In this document: one piece after another, positions 24,667 to 36,142 of the stretch | Layout of the letters: every line of letters starts with the position of its first letter | Position numbering within the stretch: the stretch's first letter is position 1 | Translations under genes and position numbers: made by a program | The notes under the pieces: generated by a model | Seen by the model: the letters and a program-made list of their open reading frames with translations, nothing else | Told to the model about the DNA's origin: nothing | Database searches by the model: none | Source: Octopus sinensis | Lineage: Eukaryota | Direction: 5' to 3' | Length of the DNA: 64,000 nt | NCBI RefSeq assembly: GCF_006345805.1 | Contig: NC_043002.1 | Location: 9,362,001 to 9,426,000, forward strand

Positions 24667-25439
24667 TAAAATATGAATATTGTATAATATATCGAATGAC
24701 AGTTTTTTTTTTAGAATTTGAAGTAAAATTGTAAAATGGTGTTTGTTTGAAATGTAAAATAAAAATTACTATTTTTGATGAGAGTCTTTAAATCCATATA
24801 TATTTCCTTTGTTATTCTGCTGCAATAATCCATAATATTCATACTCAAAATCCGTCATATTGTCTTGCATTCCAGTATAGTTCATATAGTTAGTTTAGAA
24901 ATGTGAAAATTGTATACTGGAATGCAAGACAATATAGTTTTCCACTATTTTTGAAAACCAGTGGATGTATTCCACTGAAATTAGGTAAATAATCCTTCGA
25001 ACAGACGGTCTCAGCGATGCCTGCTGGGTTCAGCTACTCTGCATTGATAAAGGGCAAATAACCTGAAACTTGTCTGCAAATGCCTGACTAGTAAGGGGAA
25101 GCGGCTGACCCCCACTGTTCGAAGGTTCATGTGTCATATAGCTAGCAAGAGGCAATGGCTTCTTGGAGCTTTTCCTCCTATATTTATGGACTGCCATATT
25201 AGCTTGGCGATAACTGTTAATATACAGTACCGCTGCCGTAGTCTTCTTTAGAGGGGCTTAGAAATAATATTTCTACATACAAGATTTATATACATACAAA
25301 ATATATATACTTATATACATACAAGATATATATACTTATATACATACAAGATATATATACTTATATACATACAAGATATATATACTTACATACATAAAAA
25401 TCATTAATCCAACTGACTTCTTTACCACTGCAGATATAA

Positions 25440-27010
25440 AAACAGAGGCAATGATAATCAATTACATCAATATAAAGGAAGACGATGTAATAAGGGCTAT
25501 AGATGAAATGAACCTAAACTTAGCTGCTGGCCCTGATGGATTTCCAGCAGGTCTTCTAAAAGTATGTAAGCGAGTCCTAGCAAGACCACTGCAGTCCCTC
25601 TTTCAGAGCTTCCAAGAAAACTGAAGGCGGGTAAAATATGCCCGATTCATAAAGGAGGACAAGAACTACGAACTTATCTCTCTGACCTCACACATCAACA
25701 CATGGAACGAATAGTCAGAAGAAAACTAATCGCCTTCCTTGAAGAAAATGACTTGCTGCCTGACACCCAACATGGTTTCCGACCAGGAAGAAACTGCCTA
25801 ACTCAGCTCTTACAACACTGTGACTGGGTGCTGAAACAGCTGCTCAACAACTCAAATGTGGAAGCGATATCTCTCGACTTTGCAAAGGACTTTGATAAAG
25901 TCAATCATGGAATGATGTCACAAACTGTGTGATCTCGGCATAGTTGGAAAATTAGGAGAATGGCTTCATGACTTTCTGAAGCCAATGGGTCCATCTCCAA
26001 TAACACGCAAATAGTGAGCGGTGTTCCACAAGGCACTGTTTTGGGAACACTACTGTTCATAATGGCCCTCTCAGACATGCCCTCAACCACACAGAGAGCC
26101 ATGATCACAAGTTATGCAGCTGATACAAGAGTCTCACAGGTAATACAGAATCCTGAAGACACTATGCACCTGCAATGTAAGCTGGATGAAATATACAAGT
26201 GGGCTGAAAAGAATAGCATGCAGTTTAATGCTGAAAAGTTTCAAGCCATGGACTATCAGCATGCAAAACTAAATGCAATACCCAATACACTGGACCTGGA
26301 GGGATTGCAATCCCAGAGGCACAATCAGTGTGAGACCTGGGCATTTACATGATGATGCAACCTTTCATGTGAATGTTGCTAAATTGGCAATGAAATCCAG
26401 GCGGTTGACCAGATGGATTCTTAGAACTCTTAGAACAAGAGACCAGGAAACCATGATGGTCCTCTGGAGGACACTTATCCTCAGCCACTTTGACTATTGC
26501 TCTCAGCTATGGTCACCATCCAGTGTCAAGTTAATCACAGAACTTGAGGCAATCCAACAAAGCTACACGAAGAAGATAGCCTCTGTGCAGCATATAAGCT
26601 ATTGGGAATGACTCAAGAGATTAAGACTCTATTCCTTAGAGCGTAGGCGAGAAAGACATGCCATAATATACATCTGAAAGATCCTGAAAGGACTTGTCCC
26701 AAACTTTGGCATTGAGAGTTACACAAATACCAGAACTGGGCACCACTGCATAGTGCCAAGCACTCCAAATTTGCCATCAAGATGTAGGACAAGATACTGC
26801 AATAGCCTGGGCTTCAGAGGTCCACAGCTCTTCAATATCCTCCTGAAGGACCTGAGAGACCTGCATGTAGTGGATGTAGGTGTCTTCAAAATAAAGCTGG
26901 ACCTCTTACTGTCAGGTGTCCCAGATGAACCAACTTCGCGACAGGAGGTGCAGATGAGGGCAGCTGCATCAAACTATCTCATGCACCAAATGTCAATTGC
27001 TAAAAAGCAT
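25440..27010 (+). mobile_element. CR1-clade LINE RT and 3' fragment (degenerate)
   Basis: AAGPDGFP, QHGFRPGRNCLTQLL, LDFAKDFDKV, SGVPQGTVLG, SYAADT, FDYCSQLWSP, RGPQLFN. Confidence 0.9.
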
Positions 27011-27019
27011 TTGTGAAGT

Positions 27020-28420
27020 AAAATAAATACACAATATATATACATACACATATACACACACACATTATATAATATATATAAACATATATACATACACATA
27101 TATTACACATGTATACACATACACACATACATATATATACAGACATACACATATATACACAGATATATATACACACACACACATATGTACATATGTACAC
27201 ATGCATATATACATTCATATACACACCCATATATATATACACACATATATACACATGCACACACACATATACACATGTACATACATATACACATATGTAC
27301 ACATGTACATACATATACACATATGTACACATGTACATACATATACACATATGTACACATGTACATATATGTACACATGTACATACATATACACATATGT
27401 ACACATGTACATACATATACACATATGTACACATGTACATACATATACACATATGTACACATGTACATACATATACACATATGTACACATGTACATACAT
27501 ATACACATATGTACACATGTACATACATATACACATATGTACACATGTACATACATATACACATATGTACACATGTACATACATATACACATATGTACAC
27601 ATGTACATACATATACACATATGTACACATGTACATAATATACACATATGTACACATGTACATACATATACACATATGTACACATGTACATACATATACA
27701 CATATGTACACATGTACATACATATACACATATGTACACATGTACATACATATACACATATGTACACATGTACATACATATACACATATGTACACATGTA
27801 CATACATACACATATGTACACATGTACATACATATACACATATGTACACATGTACATACATATACACATATGTACACATGTACATACATATACACATATG
27901 TACACATGTACACATACATATACACATATGTACACATGTACACATACATATACACATATGTACACATACATATACACATACATGTACACATATATACACA
28001 TACATATACACATACATGTACACATATATACATACATATACACATACACACGTAGATATGCTTACACACACACGTAGATATACACTCACATGTAAACACA
28101 AACACACATGTAGATATACATTATATACACACACACTGATATACATATATACACACACCTAGATATACATATATACACACACGTAGACATACATATATAC
28201 ACACACGTAGACATACATATATACACACACGTAGACATACATATATACACACACGTAGACATACATATATACACACACGTAGACATACATATTTACACAC
28301 ACGTAGACATACATATTTACACACACGTAGACATACATATATACACACACACACACGTAGACATACATATATACACACACACATGTACACATACATATAC
28401 ACACACACACACGTAGACAT

Positions 28421-28451
<31 letters not shown>

Positions 28452-28664
28452 TATACATACGTACATATAAATCATTTTCTGATGAAACTACAGGAGTAGT
28501 TGAAAGCGCTAATATGAAGAAATAATATGCGATATGGGTACTAGTGTTATGTAAATAAATACATATTTTTACAACCATCCAGCATTTTGAACACCTTTTT
28601 TTCTTCATATGTATTAAATCTGTACATCACCTCCAATACTTCCAACATATATATACATATACAC

Positions 28665-28715
<51 letters not shown>

Positions 28716-29610
28716 AACACGTATATATAAATTTATACACACGTATATATACATATACACACACACGTATATATACATATACACACGTATATATACATAT
28801 ACACACGTATATATACATATACACACACACGTATATATACATATACACACACACACGTATATATACATATACACACACACACGTATATATACATATACAC
28901 ACACACACGTATATATACATATACACACACACACGTATATATACATATACACACACACACGTATATATACATATACACACACACGTATATATACATATAC
29001 ACACACACGGATATATACATTTATACACACGGATATATACATTCATACACACGGATATATACATTCATACACACGGATATATACATTCATACACGTATAT
29101 ATACATTTATACACACGGATATATACATTCATACACGTATATATACATTTATACACACGTATATATACATTTATACACACGTATATATACATTTATACAC
29201 ACGTATATACACATTTATACACACGTATATACACGTATATACACACGTATATACACGTATATACACATTTATACACACGTATATACATTTATACACACGT
29301 ATATATACATATACACACACATGGATATATACATATATACACACGTATATACACATACACACATGGATATATACATTTATACACACGTATATATACATTT
29401 ATACACACGTATATACACATTTATACACACGTATATACACATTTATACACACGTATATACACATTTATACACACGTATATACACACGTATATACACATTT
29501 ATACACACGTATATACACATTTATACACACGTATATACACATTTATACACACGTATATATATATATATATACACACACATATATATATACACACGCACGT
29601 ATATATAAAA
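27020..29610. repeat. Purine-pyrimidine minisatellite arrays
   Basis: 28-bp unit TACACATATGTACACATGTACATACATA, followed by ACACACGTAGACATACATATAT and ACACACGTATATATACATAT variants. Confidence 0.95.
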
Positions 29611-30169
29611 TGAATATACGTATACGAATATAGATTGTTTGGTTTTATGTTGCTGAAAGATAAAACAATTTTACATTAATCTCTACACTTTTGTAAAATA
29701 CAAACGTTTAATTCAAGAATATTGTTGACAGTAACTTCGATATTTCACCCATCTAAGCTATTACCGGACTCCTGGCCGATACTTCGAAGTCCCTCTCAAC
29801 ATCCTTGTTAACAATACATCTTTGCAGTTGACAATTTCATTTATACATCATAAGAGATATACTTATAATTTATATAATATCGTGGGCATATATAATGACG
29901 CCGTACTTTTAATTCGGTTAGTTTAGACAAAGTGCTCCTAATGTTCAAAATGGAAATAAATAAGGGAATTCGATAAATCATATCGAGAGCCTTTGATATA
30001 ATCCCTCAACTCCCAGAAGAAGGGAAAAAAAGGGAGTTGCCCTAATTATGTAGAGATGTAAATAAATAATGTTCGGGATGGAGGATCTACTTTTTGTAAT
30101 TGTGGGAATTTTGAGCACGAAAAAGCAGACGTAATTTTGTTATATTTATATATATCTCTAAATAAATAT

Positions 30170-30778
30170 ATATATATATATACCCCATTTATACACACGT
30201 ATATATACATATACACACACGTATATATACATATACACACACGTATATATACATATACACACACGTATATATACATATACACGCACGTATATATACATAT
30301 ACACACACATGGATATATACATTTATACACACATGGATATATACATTTATACACACATGGATATATACATTTATACACACATGGATATATACATTTATAC
30401 ACACATGGATATATACATTTATACACACATGGATATATACATTTATACACACATGGATATATACATTTATACACACGTATATACACATTTATACACACGT
30501 ATATACACATTTATACACACGTATATACACATTTATACACACGTATATATACATATACACACACGTATATATACATATACACACACGTATATATACATTT
30601 ATACACACACGTATATATACATTTATACACACACGTATATATACATTTATACACACACGTATATATACATTTATACACACACGTATATATACATATACAC
30701 ACGTATATACTTTTTATAATAGTGGGAATTTTGAGCACGAAAAAGCAGGACGTAATTTTGTTATTTATATATATACAA

Positions 30779-30817
<39 letters not shown>

Positions 30818-30820
30818 CCA
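30170..30820. repeat. Minisatellite array
   Basis: 24-bp unit TACATTTATACACACATGGATATA and variants; bracketed by an ~90-bp direct duplication GTGGGAATTTTGAGCACG...(TA)nCCCCAT. Confidence 0.9.
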
Positions 30821-30862
30821 TCGAAAATATTATGAGTCGTTCTTGAAAGAAATATCGCTTAC

Positions 30863-31532
30863 CTTTATTTGAAGGTAATCCATTGAGGGAGGTTTCAGAG
30901 GAATTGGGCGATTGTTTGATCATTTTGACCTTCGATGATGAATTGGTTTTGGGTTTAGGTGAGGCCGGCGAAGAGCTCACATCGGAATCACTGGTCGAAG
31001 AGAAACGCCTCTCTTTGCCGCTAACGTAGTCGTCCATGTATCCAGAACTGGACAGTCGACGGTAGTCATGTTGGATCCTCTTTCTCTTCCCGGACTCGGG
31101 ACTAGCGCAAGGGTCGGGCAGTTGTTGATGGCCAGGCGACGGCAACGAAGCAGAAAGTTTAGGCCTTTTGGCGTCTGGTGCTTGTGTTGTTGTAGTAGAA
31201 GTAGTAGTAGTAGCCGTGGGTGTTGCTGACGACGTTGTTGTTGCTGCTGCAGTCGTATTATTATTGTCGCTGTCGTCCTTCACAACATGAGCTGCTGCAT
31301 GTGGTGACAGAAGACCAGGTAAATTGCGATAGCTCTGAAGGTCTCGTTTAGTTACGCCTGCTACCGACAGCTCGTCCTGCGTTTCGCTCTCACTACTTTT
31401 CCCGATATCCAGCCCGCTCGACGGCAGCTCTTCGCCGACGCAGGTTTGTTTACAGCCAAAATCTAAAGCCAGGAAAGAGTTAGCTTCGGCAGTGCTTACT
31501 GGTTTGTCTTCTTCGGGTTCAACTTCCTCCAT
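30863..31532 (-). CDS. RSBN1: RSBN1-family coding exon 1 (670 nt)
   Basis: ATG at 31532 (MEEVEPEE...); open, CpG-richer frame with KRKRIQHDYRRLSSSGY; donor G|gtaagc in phase with exon 2. Assignment to RSBN1 rests on phase and position. Confidence 0.75.
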
Positions 31533-32131
31533 CTTGTTCACAGGTTCCAGTGCCCGGATGTTTACCGTGGAGAATACTCATGTGACGTCTCCGGCGATTG
31601 GCTGATAATTTATCGAGATGGCGCCATTCATTTAGTTGGACCAATCGCGTCGCCGATACTGTTCTGATTTCATACTCCCGCGTGAAGCGTGAGTATTTGC
31701 GCAAAAGGTACCTTGCAAACTTTTGCAAACGTTGTTATTTGTTAGATTTACTCATCGACTCAACCCGTTTTCAATTTAGTTGAAAGGACGAAAAGTAATT
31801 CAACACTCGCGGCTACCAATACTTTCAACACTTTCAGTACAGAAACCTAAAAAAAAAAATCACTTGTGTATATATATACATATATATATATATATCTTTA
31901 TACATGTGTATGTATATCTGTACCTAGTACACATATATAAGTATATGTATAGATATAGATACACGTATATATATACGCACACAGAGATTGAGCACGCTAG
32001 CTCAATTGTTGCCAGTTTTTTTTTTATTTTGTCCAGGTGTTAACTGCGAAATATTCATTATTTCATTTATAAAAGAAAAAAGGAGAGAAAAATAGAGCAG
32101 CAGCAACGTCGAGGGATCAGCATCATCAAAG
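31533..32131. promoter_or_regulatory. Shared bidirectional promoter and 5' UTRs of RSBN1 and SET
   Basis: Divergent ATGs at 31532 and 32132; CpG-rich; TGACGT 31583, ATTGG 31597, palindromic YY1-like ATGGCGCCAT 31618-31627, CCAAT 31641. Confidence 0.7.
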
Positions 32132-32401
32132 ATGGAAACAGGAACGGGAACACCACGCAAAGTACAAAAAGTAGCCGTTTCGGAGGCGAGCTCTGAAGCT
32201 GAAGAGAGTCGGGATTTCGATAGTGAAACCCAAAAGGCTTTGGAAGACATCGATTCATGTCAGAACGAAATCGATGCCCTGAACGAGAAAGCTAGCGAGG
32301 AAATCCTGAAAGTTGAACAGAAATTTAACAAATTAAGAAGACCATATTTCGATCGGAGAAACGAGCTTATTAAGAAAATTCCCAACTTTTGGGTTACTGC
32401 T
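32132..32401 (+). CDS. SET: Protein SET / TAF-I / I2PP2A (NAP family), exon 1
   Basis: QKALEDIDSCQNEIDALNEKASEEILKVEQKFNKLRRPYFDRRNELIKKIPNFWVTA; donor gtatcc. Confidence 0.95.
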
Positions 32402-33274
32402 GTATCCTTTTACCCATATTTTTTCTACATTTTGTGAAAGTCTGTCGTTGTTTTAATCAGATATTTGTTGTAAATGTAAATAGTTTAACTTTTTATGTGG
32501 AAATTATCGAATTGTTGACCAGTTTTGATGGTTCAGTATTTGAAATGTGATTATTACGAATTTTCATGTGCGATCATTGAAGTAGAAAATGTGAGAATGT
32601 AAATTTTCTGTTACGATTTTAGATCTTTACGGTTTATTTTCCACGCAGCAGACACGTATTGTCGATGATATTTCTGGGTACAAGTACCTATTTCTGTTTA
32701 TCTCGATTGCTTTTGTTTTAAATCGCATCTGTTGGCTCCAGTAAAAGTGAAAATGAAATCCCCGACTTCCTGACCAATTTTATTGTCTCTCTCCTCGACT
32801 CCTTGGTATCGTGGTACGAACTAAAAGCTTCAATCTGACTAACATGGAAGCTTCTTTTTTTCCCCCCTCTTCATAACAATTCGCTCTATATATCATTATA
32901 TTCGCGATTTCCTACACAATCGATTCACATCTACATCTACTAACCACATTTTAATCACCTACCAACGTTTATTTCAGTTTTAAAATGGAAATCTGAAGCG
33001 AATGGACATAGTTTTTCGTTGGTATCTTCACTGAGATTTGCTCAAAACTCCTACATTGTTTCTACTTATTCCCCGGCGTGCTTTTAATCAGCTTCCGGTG
33101 GTAATTTCTTCTTCTTCTTATTATTATTATTCGAACAATGTGTGTTTATAGGTTAATGAATTTCAAAAATTTAGCGTGGTTGACGACTGAGGTTAGTGAT
33201 ACTGAGCAGAGCAAGCAGCAATTAAGGTACCCGACCCCATTTACTCAGATCCCCAAACTTTATTTTCAGCAATA

Positions 33275-33638
33275 TCTTTATATATAAAAGTGAGGTTGTG
33301 TGCTGTCTGTCTCCTACGATTTAGATTCCTAACTACTCCCACATTTTGCGGTGCAGTTTAACCAAAAGCGGGTATCTTATAGTCGTGATTCATATCGAGC
33401 CCTTCTGGGTATTAGCGCGCGTCTACGATTTTTAAAATAATTTACAATCATTTTTTCCATTTTAATGCATTTTTTCGCTATTATATAAGGGAAGTAACTC
33501 TCTAAAAATGTCGACGATGAGTCAACCATTTAAAAAAAATTTACCATCATTTTTTTTGCTATTTTTTGGTTTAACTCTAAAAATGCTTATATAGTTATTT
33601 CCCTTACAAACCCGAGCAACGCCGGGCGATACTGCTAG
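33275..33638 (+). mobile_element. Non-autonomous Helitron (second family)
   Basis: A|TCTTTATATATAAAAG start; CCCGAGCAACGCCGGG hairpin; CTAG|T end. Confidence 0.85.
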
Positions 33639-34062
33639 TCTAAAATAAACAGGGTCATATTTAGACAGCAGTTAGATCTCGCACTTTTCATTGACCCTGA
33701 CCGAATATACCGCAGTAGGAATTTGTGTGTTTATAAGGATTTTTTAAAATATTCCTTCCTAGTCTTTGATAACAAAGAAAATAGCCTATGTAAGTAATTG
33801 GGTTGATGCTTCACAGTACGGTTATGGTTCGAGGTGTCTTCAGTTTAAGATGCTTCGTAATTATATCGTAAGTCTTTTAGGCGGTTATTTATATATATTG
33901 TGGTGCAGTCTCCTATCTTAATTGACAATGTTTTGATCACACATAACCATCTCAAGCTGTGTTGTGTTGTGATGGTATCTGTGATCCCAAGGTAGAGAAG
34001 GGACATAACTGCTTTTTTTCGTTAATTAATATCCAAAAATACCCAGGCTTTTAATAATATTA

Positions 34063-34581
34063 TACAGGGTGTCCACCAAAGTCTGGGTACATGGTGATTA
34101 ACACATACTTTAAAAAATTACTATTTCTTATATTTAATTCTTTGTTATGTTTACTCCATGTACCCACATGGTGATTGACACATACTTTAAGCAATTATTA
34201 TTTCTTATGATTAATTGTTTATGATTGTATTTACTCCATGTACCCACATGGAGATTAACACATACTTCAAGAAATTACTATTTACGTTATGATTTTATTT
34301 ACTCCATGTACCCACATGGAGATTTAACTCATACTTTAAGAAATTACTATTCTTATATTTAATCCTTTATTTTATGATTGTATTTACTCCATGTACCCAC
34401 ATGGAATTTAACACATACTTTAAGAAATTATTATTTCTTGTGGTTAATTCATTATGTTATGATTTTATCAATTCCATGTACCCACATGGAGATTAATACA
34501 TACTTTAAGAAATTATTTCTTATATTAAATTCTTTGTTATTGTATTTACTCCATGTACCCAGACTTTGTGGACACCCTGTA
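34063..34581. mobile_element. Tc1/mariner-type MITE with internal tandem array
   Basis: TA-CAGGGTGTCCACCAAAGTCTGGGTACATGG ... CCATGTACCCAGACTTTGTGGACACCCTG-TA; six 68-85 bp units. Confidence 0.9.
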
Positions 34582-34856
34582 GAATGTAAACGTAGTTTTC
34601 AGATCCATTTCATTTGACCATTGATTAAAGTAGGATTCGATAGCGTAATTTCAATATATATTTTCCCCTTCCTGCAGATAGGTGTAAGAATTCAAAATAC
34701 ATTGAATATTTCTTTAAAGATGCACTCGATATATTTTTTTTCTTTAGTATGGTTTATTGAGAGAAAAAATAAGGCAGTAACAGAGTGTGTAACTTTTGCT
34801 GGCCAAACATGTATTTTGAGTACTGCATGCAGCATTTTCTGAACTTCGTACAAATT

Positions 34857-35002
34857 CAGTGGTCCCGGTGCGCGCGCTAGCTAGTCGTGACTAGTCGATC
34901 CTATGACAACCTAGCAAAATAAATAATTTTTTTAAAACAAAGTAAATAAAACACAAAGGATCGACTAGTCATGACTAGCGAGTGCGCGCACCGGGGTCAC
35001 TG
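34857..35002. mobile_element. MITE with ~45-bp TIRs (diverged inverted copy at ~41212-41341)
   Basis: CAGTGGTCCCGGTGCGCGC...GACTAGTCGATCC / GGATCGACTAGTC...GCGCGCACCGGGGTCACTG; no clear TSD. Confidence 0.75.
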
Positions 35003-35067
35003 TTCTCAAGTAGTACCCAAATTCAGGGGAAATACGCACGTTATATGTGTGTGTGTATGTATGTATA

Positions 35068-35471
35068 AGGGATCTTTTCGGTTTGAACGGCAGTTTTTTA
35101 AAATAATTTCCACGTAACTAAACACTTTTAAACTTCGTATACTGGTAGAATGTGTTTATAAAACATCTTTTTCTCTTGGCTTTATTGGGGAAATTCTATA
35201 GTTTGTAAGATAATTGATGCTTTTTTTTCTGCAATTTCAACCAATCACTGACGTCTATTGAGGTAAAAAAAACATTCTGTGCCGTATGAAAATGCCCCTC
35301 GTTTAAGAAACAGATAGGGTTTATTTACACTTGTGAAGAGAAAAAAGATACCCTTCCCCTAACCCTAAAACAGATTGAAATGCAATAGATCGATACTAGG
35401 GTGATAATTATGAGTGACAATTTCATATGACACCGCTTGAAAAAACTGCCGTTCAAACCGAAAAGATCCTG
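35068..35471. mobile_element. TA-flanked MITE
   Basis: GGATCTTTTCGGTTTGAACGGCAGTTTTT / AAAAACTGCCGTTCAAACCGAAAAGATCC inverted ends. Confidence 0.8.
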
Positions 35472-35756
35472 TATATATATATATATATATAAATATGCGC
35501 GCGTACAAATGATGCATTTGACCGATTGGCCCCTCTAATTTGCATTGCCTTGTCATATTCTAAGTTCCTTTTTACGCAGCTGATATCTTCCTTCGTTCTA
35601 GCCTAAACCTTTCGAGCATCACTTGTAGGCAACCGAAACCCCTCGCACAAATCTTTTTTGATTCCATGAACAGATACTCCAAAACCATCATCTTATGCCA
35701 ATCAACTCGTGCCGTTTCCGCCTCTTTGAACCACAAGAAGAAGAAAAAGAACTCTC

Positions 35757-36142
35757 TTTACTCTTTTACTTGTTTCGGTCATTTGACTGCGGCCATGCTG
35801 GAGCACCGCCTTTAGTCGAGCAACTCGACCCCGGGACTTATTCTTTGTAAGCCCAGTACTTATTCTATCGGTCTCTTTTGCCGAACCGCTAAGTGACGGG
35901 GACGTAAACACACCAGCATCGGTTGTCAAGCAATGCTAGGGGGACAAACACAGACACACATATATATATACATATATACGACAGGCTTCCTTCAGTTTCC
36001 GTCTACCAAATCCACTCACAAGGCATTGGTCGGCCCGGGGCCATAGCAGAAGACACTTGCCCAAGATGCCACGCAGTGGGACTGAACCCGGAGCCATGTG
36101 GTTGGTTAGCAAGCTACTTACCACACAGCCACACCTGCGCCT
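35757..36142 (-). mobile_element. tRNA-head SINE with CORE-like domain (further copies ~36715-37078, ~38063-38372; decayed ~19344-19437, ~40325-40470)
   Basis: Minus head GGCGCAGGTGTGGCTGTGTGG..GGTTCAGTCCC, then CTTGGGCAAGTGTCTTC; near-identical tandem neighbours. Confidence 0.8.

Larger units (their letters stand above)
3988..30862 (-). other. RSBN1: RSBN1 intron 1 (26,875 nt, U2-type GT-AG)
   Basis: Donor G|gtaagc at 30863/30862; phase 1 matches exon 2 (G+AT = Asp). Extra unseen exons cannot be excluded. Confidence 0.75.

Noticed and set aside
22511-30835. Dozens of long Y/I/H/T/C/V/M-rich ORFs (up to 351 aa) in all six frames
   Set aside because: Artefacts of stop-free TA/CA minisatellites; the peptide periodicity matches the DNA unit length.
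31533-31541. ORF-track start of RSBN1 exon 1 at 31541
   Set aside because: It is a GTG; the first ATG is at 31532. Likewise the TTG start at 4018 lies in the intron upstream of the 3987 acceptor.
32010-32040. Poly-T plus CAG as an acceptor for a SET 5' UTR intron
   Set aside because: No convincing upstream donor; it could simply be a T-run in the UTR. Needs transcript data.
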